A DNA stretch of 64,000 nucleotides from Octopus sinensis (Eukaryota). The notes beneath the pieces are model-generated. The model saw nothing but the letters and a program-made list of their open reading frames with translations, did not search any database and was not told where the DNA came from. The DNA lies in NCBI RefSeq assembly GCF_006345805.1, contig NC_043007.1:9672001-9736000 (forward strand), written 5' to 3'. Of the stretch, positions 53,225 to 64,000 are shown one piece after another; the stretch's first letter is position 1; each line of letters opens with the position of its first letter. The translations under genes were made by a program, and so were the position numbers.

Positions 53225-55320
53225 AAGAGAAGAAAATCAAGTGGAAAATGCACAAAGAATATATTAGAATTTTAAAGGCATTATCGTTCCTTGTATGGAG
53301 GTTATATATATGTAGAAAAATTGGCTGTAAAGTAAGAAGACTGCTTCCCAGCCATATGGTTCCGGGTTCAGTCCGACTGCGTGGAAACTCGGGCAAGTGT
53401 CATCTACTAGAGCCGCGGGCCGACCAAAGCCTTGTGACTGTATTTCGTAAACGGAAACTGAAAGAAACCCATAGTATGTATGTCTATGTGTCTTTTTGTC
53501 CCACCACCACCGCTTGACCACCGATAGTGATGTATTTACGTCCCCCGTAACGTAGCGGTTCAGTAAAAAGGACTGATACAATAAGTACAAGTCTTAAAAA
53601 GAAAAAGTACTGAGATCAATTCGTTCAACTAAAAATTTTCTCCAAGTGCACAAAATATAACATATATTGTAAACGAGCGGAGGAATACAAGAAATTAAGT
53701 TGAAAATTCACATTTGAGATTTCAATGGCATTTCCGGTCCTTCTGTGGACATGATTTGTTGAAATATTCTTATTAATCCTAATTCAAACAAGTGGAAGGA
53801 TAAAAGAAACCTAGCAAAGAATGCACAGTGAATAAATTAATATTGTAGTGGCATTCTGGTTTCATTTATAAAGATTGTATATAGAAATAAGGAATTTATA
53901 AATAAGGAATTTATTCCTATCAATTTATAAATAAGGAATTTATTCCTATCAAGTAAAGGGATACAAGAAATAAAGTTGAAAATGTATAGAAAATCTATCA
54001 GAATTTTGCTGACATTTTCTTTCCGTTGATTGAGATAATATATAGAAATGTTGTTAGTAATTAAACAAATGGAGGATTAAAGGAAATCAAGTTGAAAATG
54101 AACAGAGAATGTATGAGAATTTTAAAGGCATTTTCGTTCAGTGGATAGAGATTATATACAAAAATGTTATTAATCCAAACATGTGGCGGAATAAAGGAAT
54201 TCAATTTAGGGATGCACAGAGAATGTATGAGAATTTTAAAGGCATTTTCGTTCCGTCGATTGAGATTATATACAGAAATGGTGTTAATCCAAACATGGAG
54301 GAATAAAGGAATTCAAGTTGAAAATGCACAGAGAATGTATGAGAATATCAAATATACATTTTCCGTCACTCGATTGAGATTATATACAAAAATGTTGTTA
54401 ATCCAAACATGTGGAGGAATAAAGGAATTCAAGACGAAAGTACACAGAGAATATATGGGAATTCTAAAGGCATTTTCGTTCCGTCGATAGAGATTATATA
54501 CAAAAATATTATTTTTGTTTCTGTATTAATCTAAACATGTAAAGGAATAAAGGAAATCATGTTGAAAATGCGCAGAGACTATGGGAATTTTAAAGGCATT
54601 TTCGTTCTGTCGATTGAGATTATATACAGAATTGTTGTTATTAATCCAAACAAGTGGAGGAATAAAGAAATTCAAGTTGAAAATGCATAAAGAATGTATG
54701 AGAATATCAAATATACATTTTCCTTCCCTCAATTGAGATAATATATAGAATTGTTGTTGTTAATCCAAACAAATAGAAGATTAAAGGAGATCAAGTTGAA
54801 AATACACAGAGAATGTATGAGAATTTTAAATGCACTTCCGCTCCCTCGATAGAGATTATTTACAAAAATATTGTTAATCCAAACATGTCGAGGGATAAGG
54901 GAATTCAAGTTGAAAATGCACAGAGAATATATGAGAATCTTAAAGGCATTTTCGTTCCGTCGATTGAGATTATATACAAAAATGTTGTTAATCCAAACAA
55001 GTGAACGAATAAAGGAATTCAAGTTGAAAATGCACAAAGAATGTATGAGAATATCAAATGCATTTTCCTTCCCTCAATTGAGATTATATATAGAAATGTT
55101 GTTATTAATCCAAACAAGTGGAGGAACAAAGGAATTCAAGTTGAAAATGCACAGAGAATGTATGAGAATTTTAAAGGCACATCCGCTCCCTCGATAGAGA
55201 TTATATGCAAAAATGTTATTAATCCAAGTAAACGGAGGAATAAAGGAAATCAAGTTGAAAATGCGCAGAGACTATAGGAATTTTAAAGGCATTTTCGTTC
55301 TGTCGATTGAGATTGTATCT
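53225..55320. repeat. ~117-bp minisatellite (about 11 good copies plus degenerate ones), interrupted by a SINE D at ~53320-53640
   Basis: Recurrent GGAATTCAAGTTGAAAATGCACAGAGAATGTATGAGAATTTTAAAGGCATTTTCGTTCCGTCGATTGAGATTATATAC. Confidence 0.93.
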
Positions 55321-56308
55321 AGGATCAGTTTGAAAATACTTAAATACTTATATATTGATGAACTTCGGCACTGTTTCCGTCAACCGAATTCTTTCACAGG
55401 GCTTTGGTCGACTTTGGGCTATCGCACATGACACTCGCCAAAGCCGCTGCACTGTGGGACTGAACTAGAGACCACGTGGTTCCAGAGTGAGCATATAAAC
55501 CGCACAGCCATGCCTGCGCCTGTATCTAAGAAATAAGTGCTTTCTGATTATAATGTGATGACCTGGCAGAATCGTTAGCACACCGGACGAAATGCTTAAA
55601 GGTACTTTGTCCAGCTCTACATTCTGAGTTCGAATTTTGCCAATTGCGACTTTGCTTTCATCTTTTTGGGGTGGATAAAATAAATATCTTTTCAACACTG
55701 GGATCGATGTAACTGACTTACGCCCTCAATCGAACTTGCTGGCCTTGTGCCAAAATTTGAAGCCCTTATTATTAAGACGGTGAGCTGGCAGATTCCTTAG
55801 CACACTGGGCAAAATGCTGAGATCCACTTAGCCTTCCAACCCTTTCGAAGTTTATAAAATAAGTACCAGTTGAAGACTTAGTTCATTGTAATCCTATTTC
55901 CGAACTGAATGGCTTTGAGCCAAAATTTGAAACCAATATTTTTTTCTTATGATAGAGATTGAGAAAAATGGACGTCTCGAATATATTCTTTTTTAATTCC
56001 ATTTTATTTTCGTTTCCCTCTTGTACAAGAGCAGATACTTCAGACGAAGCATACCGAACTAACAGCATAAGAAATTGTTATTTTGAATCTTATTTCTCGA
56101 ATACTATTTTTCTAACAAAATCAACCAGCTCGATCAATTACCTTTATTGTAGAAAGACGACGGTTTCTCTCGAAATATTGATACGTCAAAAAATACGTGC
56201 ATAAATCTTATGTTGCACTATCTTCTGTGTTTTACTTGATCCAGTCGTTGAACTACGGCCATGCTGGAGCACTGCCTTGAAGGGCTGAGCTGTAAAAAAT
56301 CACCCCCA

Positions 56309-56533
56309 GTGAGCTGGCAGAAACGTTAGCACGCCGGGCGAAATGCGTAGCCGTACTTCGTCTGTCGTTACGTTCCGAGTTCAAATTCCGCCGAGGTCGA
56401 CTTTGCCTTTCATCCTTTCGGGGTCGATAAATAAAGTACCAGTTACGCACTGGAGTCGATGTAATCTACTTAATCCGTTTGTCTGTCCTTGTTTGTCCCC
56501 TCTGTGTTTAGTCCCATGTGGGTAGTAAAGAAA
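56309..56533 (+). mobile_element. SINE family A nested in a minus-strand SINE D remnant
   Basis: Full head, core and tail. Family D pieces lie at 56255-56308 and 56545-56680. Confidence 0.8.
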
Positions 56534-56859
56534 TATATATATTTATTTTTTAAAGTCTGGTACTTATTCTATCGGTTTCCTTTTTGCCTGTACCGTTAAG
56601 TTACGAGGACCTAAACCAAACAACACTGGTTTTTAAGCGGTGAAAGGAGCAAACACAAAGGCACACACTCACACACACACGTGAGTTATAAATATCATTT
56701 AATGTACAAAGTTACAAGCTACTAATTCTGTGGGGCTTGAGACGCAGGTCTATGCAGATTTTTATGACACGCCTTGTGTCAGGAAGCAATCCTTGTGTTC
56801 TGACCACGTTGTCTATTCAATCTGCAAAGTGCGTGTGTGTGTGTGGTTAGCCATATTGA

Positions 56860-56944
56860 GATGGCTATTATACTTTACATCTCTAAAAATGCTTATATAG
56901 TTATTTCCGTTACAAACCCGAGCAACGCCGGGCGATACTGCTAG
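56860..56944 (+). mobile_element. Helitron-like 3' terminus
   Basis: CCCG-AGCAACGC-CGGG hairpin followed 8 nt later by CTAG|T. 5' boundary uncertain. Confidence 0.6.
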
Positions 56945-57057
56945 TTAATGTATAATACAGAATATATAGTGTAAATATTATATATAGTAAAATGAAATGA
57001 AGTATTGATTGTCTTATTGAATAGATGTGGACAGCTGAAACACTCCTGTCACAACCT

Positions 57058-57101
57058 GGGACCTTGAAGGCTGCTTTAATGCAAGAAAGTATACTAGTCC
57101 C
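57058..57101 (+). ncRNA. Variant minimal hammerhead ribozyme inside an inverted repeat (56945-57210)
   Basis: Stem I GGGAC/GTCCC, non-canonical core CTTGAAGG, stem II TGC/GCA, GAAA, palindromic AGTATACT, CUA site. Confidence 0.55.
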
Positions 57102-57259
57102 TTAATATTTGATATTCAATATTTCATCTATTCAATAAGACAATCAATACTTCATTTCATTTTACTATATATATATTATTTATGCTATATATTCTATATT
57201 CTACATTAATATTATAAAGAATATAAATAAAACATAAAAAACAGAGTTGGAATTCCTTC

Positions 57260-57319
<60 letters not shown>

Positions 57320-57472
57320 TATATATTATATTATATTATATTATATTAAATTAGAGATAAAACCACTATTAGGCAAATCATACAATGAAAAACTTAAGCC
57401 AATACATAAGATTAATTAATTTATATTATTTTAAATATATATCAAAATCATTAAAAAAAAGATAATTAGTAT

Positions 57473-57539
57473 AACACTATGATCGTTTCATGGCTGTCCA
57501 ATTCGTAAAAATTCGAGTTACAGTCATTCTTCAAGTGAT
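57473..57539 (-). ncRNA. Decayed hammerhead ribozyme in an (AT)n-flanked insert (57350-57580)
   Basis: Minus strand: CAC TTGAAGA ATGACTGT..ACAGCCAT GAAA CGATCA TA GTG. About three transitions from canonical. Confidence 0.55.
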
Positions 57540-57577
57540 TGAAATATTTAACTTGGCGAGGTTTAATCAATGAATAG

Positions 57578-57637
<60 letters not shown>

Positions 57638-57882
57638 CATACATACACACACGCACACACACACACGCACACACACACACACACACACACACGCGCACAC
57701 ACACACACGATGAATGACCAGACAGGTTCCATCTACCAAAATTCACTTATTCACTTACAAGGCATTAACGAGCTCTAAGCTATAGTAGAAGACACTCAGT
57801 AGGGCTAAACCCGAAACCACGTGACAACAGAACGAGCTTTTTTCCCACACAGCCATGTCTGCGCCTAAACAAAAGAAATGTA

Positions 57883-58449
57883 TTGGGTTGTCCGGAAAGT
57901 TCGTGCCGATTTTTAAAGGAAAGAAAAAAGATCAATAAATACTTGCCTTTACATTTTTAATCAACCAAATATGAACCATTTTGTTGCACAATGCGTCTCC
58001 ATCTTTCCTTTAACTTAAAAATACCCTCTTCCCAGAGTTGAGGGGGTTTTATGGCAAAGAATTCATCAGGGTATCTTTTTACGTCATCCAAGGAATTGAA
58101 ATTTTTACCATTAAGACTATTCTGCAGAGACCTGAATAAGTGGAAATCCAAAGGAGCAATATCTGGTGAATATGGAGGGTGGAGTAACACATCCCAGCCG
58201 AGCTGCAGCAATTTTTTTCTGGTTCTCAAAGCATCAAGTGCCGAAAATGAACTTTCTTATCTTCCATTTTAAAGGGTTACAGAATTAACACAGGTTATAG
58301 GAACATAAACCTTCTTCCACGAAAAGATAGCTTAAACTGTTCTTTAAATGGAGGTGTAGTCAAATCCTATTTTATGGACTCAACCATGTTCTTAAATAAG
58401 TCGAAAGGTAAGCTACTATAAATCGGCACGAACTTTCCGGACAACCCAA
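57883..58449 (-). mobile_element. Internally deleted mariner element
   Basis: Perfect 30-bp TIR TTGGGTTGTCCGGAAAGTTCGTGCCGATTT with TA TSD. C-terminal transposase HPPYSPDIAPLDFHLFRSLQN. Confidence 0.95.
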
Positions 58450-59030
58450 TATATACGTGCTAAGTATATAACTGTTGAACGTTAGATGGGAGGGTCGTTA
58501 AAGTGTCGGTTAGAATGCGTTGAAATATTCCTTCCAACTCTTTGCGTACGAAGTTTAATCGACCCCAGCACTTATTTTTTAAAGTCTGATATTTATTCTA
58601 TTTGCCTCCGTTATCGAACGACTAAAGTTACGAAGGCGAAAACAAACCAACATCGATTGTCAAGCGGGGGTGGAGCGGGGCAGATACAAACATACACACA
58701 CGACGACGAGCTTTTTTCAATTTCCGTCTATCAAATCCACTCACAAGGATTTGGTCGAGTCGGGGCAATAGTAGAAAACATTTGCCCAAGGTGCCACGCA
58801 GTGAGACTGAACTCGAGGTCACATGTGGTTTCTTACCAAACAGTCATACCTTCATTTTGAGGATAGACAAGAAATTACTCTATTATTTTATACAAATAGC
58901 CCATCTTGTCGTATTTAGTTAGGTACATTTTAGTTGAAGTTCAAAACCAGTCCAGATGGATTTTGCTTTTCATCCATTCGGGGAACGATAAAAAATATAT
59001 AAAAACAGACAGGTACAAGAACAAATTTAA

Positions 59031-59421
59031 CACATAAAGCGCGACGGGCCACGATCGTGGCCATCCGACACAGGTCGACAGGCCACGATCGTGGCCCAGA
59101 TAGATGCATTTAATTTATGGGCGTTTGTTGGGGCTTAATATCACTCAAACTTTCCGATATCTCCCAGAATGCAAGAGGACTGATAGTTCAACTAATGACT
59201 TTTCAGATGATGTAAAACTTGCCACCATTATACACTAAGAAGATATTTTAACTATTTTTTTGTTTCTTATATGTGCATGGCGGTGCCCCAGCATGGCCAC
59301 AGCTCGTGAGCTGAAACTAAATCAAATAAAAATAAATAAATAAAATAAATGGCAGTCTCATTTTCATAAAATGTGCTCAGCAGCCCATGCTATGTAAGTG
59401 AAAATCCCAGCGCTTTATGGG
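59031..59421. mobile_element. piggyBac-type MITE
   Basis: TTAA|CACATAAAGCGC...GCGCTTTATGGG|TTAA. Confidence 0.7.
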
Positions 59422-59467
59422 TTAATCGATTCTACCCTTACAAGAAATTTGTGTCTTTGTTTCCATG

Positions 59468-59627
59468 TGAGGCATGACTGAGTGGTTAAGATGCGCGTTT
59501 TACAGTCACATAATACTAGGGTTCAGCCTCACAGTGTGGCATCTTGGGAAAGTGTCTTCTACTATAACCCTGGACCGACTAATGCCTTGTGATTAAATTT
59601 AGATGGCAGAAACTGTGTGGAAGCCCG

Positions 59628-59660
<33 letters not shown>

Positions 59661-59840
59661 TTTATTCTCTGCCACTGCTTATGTTCCAGTAAACTAGCAG
59701 TTTGGTAAAAGAGGCCGATAGAATAAGTACAAGACTTTGGAAAGAAAAACAAGTATTCGGATTGATTTGTTCGACTAAATCCTTCAAGGTGGTACCCCAG
59801 CATAGCTGCAGTCCAAAGACTGAGTAAAATAAAAGACAAA
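59468..59840 (+). mobile_element. Diverged SINE family D
   Basis: Aligns with 44301-44702. Confidence 0.8.
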
Positions 59841-60427
59841 ACAAGGAATATATTCTTTTTAATTGCAGGGACTTTCAAATAGACCAGGAGAGTTTAGTAG
59901 GATTTCTTGCCGTTATTCCTTATATCAGGGCTACAATCCACTGTATTTGTAGGCACAGTCATACATTCATCATGATTAAGCCTTGGACGTTACTGTCTTC
60001 GAATACTGAGACTTATGGGGCCGCTTTCCGTGCCATATAAGAGACCGAGATCGTCAACATTCTCCCTGAACGCGACGCCTGCAGGGTGGAGTAACGAGAA
60101 ATGAAGTTTGTGTTTGTTTTTTAATTCAAGGACACTATCCACCACCCAGTCCGGGGATCGAAACCACAATCTTACTATCTTGAGTAGAACATCCAAATCA
60201 CTAGGTAACGCGCACATTGATAAGCACAAATACAAGCTATGATAACACAGTAAAAGATATTTATTGGCGTCACGGTATATTTGAAACCTAATTTAAGGCT
60301 TTGAAAATCTATGCTAAATCTAGAGCACAGAGAAAAACAACATTTATAAATGATTATAGTATATATGATTAGCACAGGAGTAAGTATAAGTTATACAGGA
60401 TTTATTTTTATTATATAGTTCAAGGTG

Positions 60428-61845
60428 ACGTGCTTCGCGGCATATCGTCCGTCTTTATGTTCTGTGTTAAAATTCCGCCGAGGTCGACTTTGCTTTTCAT
60501 CCTTTCGTGGTCGATAAAATAAGTGCCAGTTGAGCACTGGGGTCGATGTAATTGCCTTGCCACCTCCCCTCAAAAACCGCTAGCCCTGTGTCAAAATTCG
60601 AAACCATTTTAAAACAGTTTAAGGTAGCGATCTGGCAGAATCGTTAGCACGCCGGACAGAATGCTTAGTGGTATTTCGTTTGCTGCTACGTTCTGAGTTC
60701 AAATTCTGCCGAGGTCGACTTTGCCTTTCATCCTTTCGGGATCGATTAAATAAGTACCAGTTACGCACTGGGGATCGATATAATCGACTTAATCCGTTTG
60801 TCTGTCCTTGTTTGTCCCCTCCGTGTGTAGCCCCTTGTGGGCAGTAAAGAAATAGGTATTTCGTCTACCGTCACGTCTGAGTTCAAATTCCACCGAGGTC
60901 GACTTTGCCTTTCATCCTTTCGGGGTCGATAAATTAAGTACCAGTTACGCACTGGGGCCGATGTAATCGACTTAATCCGTTTGTCTGTCCTTGTTTGTCC
61001 CCTCTATGTTTAGCCCCTTGAATCGTTATAGCGCCGTGCAAAATACTGAGTAACATTTCTTCCGTCTTTACGTTCTGAGTTCAAATTCCGTCATGGTCGA
61101 TTTTGCCTTTCATTCTTTCGGGGTGAACGAAACAAGTACCAGTTAGGCACTGGTGTCGATGTAATCGGTTTAGGATCTCCTCCAAAATCTCAGGCCTAGT
61201 GATTATAATAAAAAGAAATATTATAAGTTTGTTTGTGGGGTTTTCGTTTTTTTTGTTTGTATTTTGTTATTTTTTAGCGTTTTCTGGAAAGTTCGCCAGT
61301 CTTTCTATTTCATTTCCGGAGTACCACAAAGTCAATAGTATTGTGAACTAGCGTATTATACCCAACTATAGATACTATGGTCATGTACCCAAGCCACAAA
61401 TTATTATATCATAAGAAAAGGTAAGGCGTGAACCGACGTGTCAAATGAAATGCTTAGTGGCATTTCTCAGGCTCTTAATGGCATTCCACCGATATTGACT
61501 TTGTCTTTCATCCTTCCTGAGTCGATAAAAGAAATATCCGTGGAGCACTAGGGTGGGGGATAATCGACATTCTCCTCGCCAGAAAATTGCTGACCTTGTG
61601 TCAAAATTATACAGATTTAGGTAAGGCGATGAGCTAACAGAATCATTAGCGCGTCGAACAAAATACTTGGCGGCATTCTTTCTAGCTCCTTACGTTCTAA
61701 GTTTAAATTCCGCAGGGGGGAGGCTGACTGTGCGATTCATCGTTTCAAGATCGACAAAAGTAAATACCAGTCAAGTACTGGAGTCGGTGGCATCGACTAA
61801 CCCCGTCCCTTAAAAATTGGAAGTTCTGTGCCAACATTAAAAAGC
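60428..61845 (+). mobile_element. Cluster of about 6 same-orientation SINE family A copies of differing divergence
   Basis: Repeated GTCGACTTTGCCTTTCATCCTTTCGGGGTCGAT core. Confidence 0.8.
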
Positions 61846-61867
61846 ATTACATTATAAGACGAGATTT

Positions 61868-62304
61868 GGATCTTTTCGGTTTGAACGGCAGTTTTTTTCT
61901 AGCGATGTCATATGAAATTGTCACCCATAATTATGACCCTAGAATCGATCTATTGCATTTCAATTTGTTTTAGGGTTAGGGTTAGTTGGGGTTAGTTAAG
62001 GTTAGGGTTAGGGGTGGGGGAAGGGTATCTTTTTTCTTCAGAAATGTAAATAAACCCAATCTGTTTCTTAAACGAGGGACATATTCATACGGCACACATA
62101 TTTTTCACCTCAATAGACGTCATTGGTTGGTTGAAATTGCAGAAATTGAAGAAAAAACAACAAATATCTTACAAACTATAGAATTTTCTCAATAAAGCCA
62201 AGAGAAAAAGATGTTTCATAAACACATTCTACCAGTATACGAAGTTTAAGTGTTTAGTTACGTGGAAATTATTTTAAAAAACTGCCGTTCAAACCGAAAA
62301 AAAA
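61868..62304. mobile_element. Merlin-type MITE (same family as 10779)
   Basis: Same TIR and interior, exact 8-bp TSD CGAGATTT. Confidence 0.8.
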
Positions 62305-62864
62305 CGAGATTTCTTTCTAAAAAACTATTAGAAAAAAAAAGCCAATAATATTCTTACCTGCAAGAGATTTTCAAAGAAACCAACACCGTTTCTTTGGGTC
62401 TGCTTTCGTCCGTCAATATACAAGAGTTAGATCTCATAATGTTCTTGAATAAATTACAAACGATGTTAAAGTACTGAGTTTAGATTATAGAAAGCGAAGA
62501 TTAATTTCATTAAAATATATAGTCTTCTGAAAAAGGTATTTCCTTTGTTGGTTTGTTTGTTTTTTTGTGGTTTATTTGCTTTTTTAATAAATATCCATAA
62601 TGTAAGATCCTAAAATGAATGGGAGAATATTTGAAAGCTTAAGTCTTTGGTAAAGAAAAGTGCATTGAGGTGAAAGAGTAGCAGCGAAAGCGTTTTTGGT
62701 TTTTTAATGTACCCCCAAAGTAAATTTGTCTTAACTGGATGATTGCGACATAAAGTTATATAAAACTTAGCTTCTTATGAAACAGCTGTCGTAGGCTGGA
62801 TTTCGAATATGAATAGTATTTGAAATATCATAATTGTAGTAGTTCTGACGGTGTCGGTGATAAT

Positions 62865-63192
62865 AGGAGCGGCAGTAGCAGTTGTGGTGGCGGTTATAGT
62901 AGTAGTAATGGTGTAGTGGCTGTGGCGATAGTGGTTGTGGTAGCAGTTGTAGCAGTAGTTGGTAGGCGTGGTAGGCGTGGTCGTCGTCGACTTCGTTGTG
63001 GTGGTAAGTGTAGTAGTAGTAGTAGTAGTAGTAGTAGCCGTGGTCGTAGTCGTCGTCTTCGTTGTGGTGGTAAGTGTAGTAGTATTAGTAGTAGTAGTAG
63101 TAGTAGTAGTAGTAGCCGTGGTCGTAGTCGTCGTTGTGGTGGTAAGTGTAGTAGCAGTAGTAGTAGTAGTAGTAGTGTGGGTGGTGGAGGTG
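62865..63192. repeat. (AGT/GGT/CGT)n tract with a ~60-80-bp higher-order unit, 3 copies
   Basis: CGTTGTGGTGGTAAGTGTAGTAG occurs three times. Confidence 0.85.
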
Positions 63193-63963
63193 GAAAGTGA
63201 ATATCAACCAATTAAACGAAACACTCCAACGAACAAGGAAGTCTACGCTTTTCTGTTGATACACGCTTAACAACAGCCGCCAAAAACCTTAGCTTCCAAA
63301 TCACACCCTGGTAATTTGAATATACACGCACATGCACACACTGGTTTTTCCTATTTGTAGAGAGCAAATAAAGAAAATTAAACGGGATGCTAGTTGATAG
63401 AACGCCTTTAATCTGTTAGATTCACCTGTAATCAGATTCTGTTAGGTGTGAACCTGGATCTGAAAAAAACCTAAACCCGGATATAGCATGACAGGTGAGA
63501 AATATGCCAAGTCACTTTTCATTCTCGTCAGGCTTGGCTGCACACACAAAAAAAATGCACCGGTGAGTCAGCTTTCTGGTATGTTTTCTTTTATTCGCTT
63601 GCTTGTTTTCAGACAGTAGACTGCAGTCATACTGAGGCACCGCCTTCACGGGCGCAGTCCTTCACGGATACAATCAATAGAATCGAACCCAGTACTTATT
63701 TTTTTAATCTAGTATTTATTCTCTTGGGCTCTTTTGCAAAACTGCTAGTTAAGGAGACCTACACAGACTAACACTGTTGTCGAGAGGCTGGTAACACACA
63801 TGCACACTCAAAACGTGCACACACATAGACATGCACAGAGTTATGGTCTGCCAATTTCACTCGCAAGGCATTAGTAGGACCTATGTCTATAGTAGAAGAC
63901 ACTAGACCACTTGTTCTTATCTGGAGTCCATATGACCCCTGGGGGTTTCATATAAGATTTTGT

Positions 63964-64000
63964 GGATCTTTTCGGTTTGAACGGCAGTATTTTCTAGCGG
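63964..64000. mobile_element. Left end of a third Merlin-type MITE, adjoining hAT-MITE-like sequence
   Basis: GGATCTTTTCGGTTTGAACGGCAGT runs off the window edge. Confidence 0.75.

Noticed and set aside
54060-55320. Regularly spaced repeats superficially like a CRISPR array
   Set aside because: Whole units are repeated with no unique spacers, no cas genes, and a eukaryotic context.
63505-63538. Minus-strand GCCAAGC CUGACGA GAAU GAAA AGUGA CUUGGC
   Set aside because: Has both core words and an enclosing stem, but no stem II or III. Likely chance.

Overview
AT-rich, gene-poor eukaryotic DNA, most likely a coleoid cephalopod (Octopus) intergenic or intronic region. This is inferred from the SINE families and the extreme microsatellite load. 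No credible host protein-coding gene is visible, and almost all listed ORFs are microsatellite translations. The window holds several tRNA-derived SINE families, decayed mariner (DD34D) and DD37D-type transposons, Merlin, hAT, piggyBac and Tc1-type MITEs, Helitron ends, a decayed RTE LINE, L1/Tx1-type 3' fragments, minisatellites and a 100-N gap. The most notable signal is a set of non-coding repeats in or next to (AT)n tracts, each with a minimal type I hammerhead ribozyme whose stem III is palindromic. These are a ~531-bp tandem-plus-inverted array at 42133-43820 (three complete ribozymes and one half), a 452-bp terminally redundant monomer at 30820-31306, and two variant or decayed ribozymes at 57058 and 57473. 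They resemble Penelope-like pseudo-LTRs or retrozymes from at least four unrelated families.
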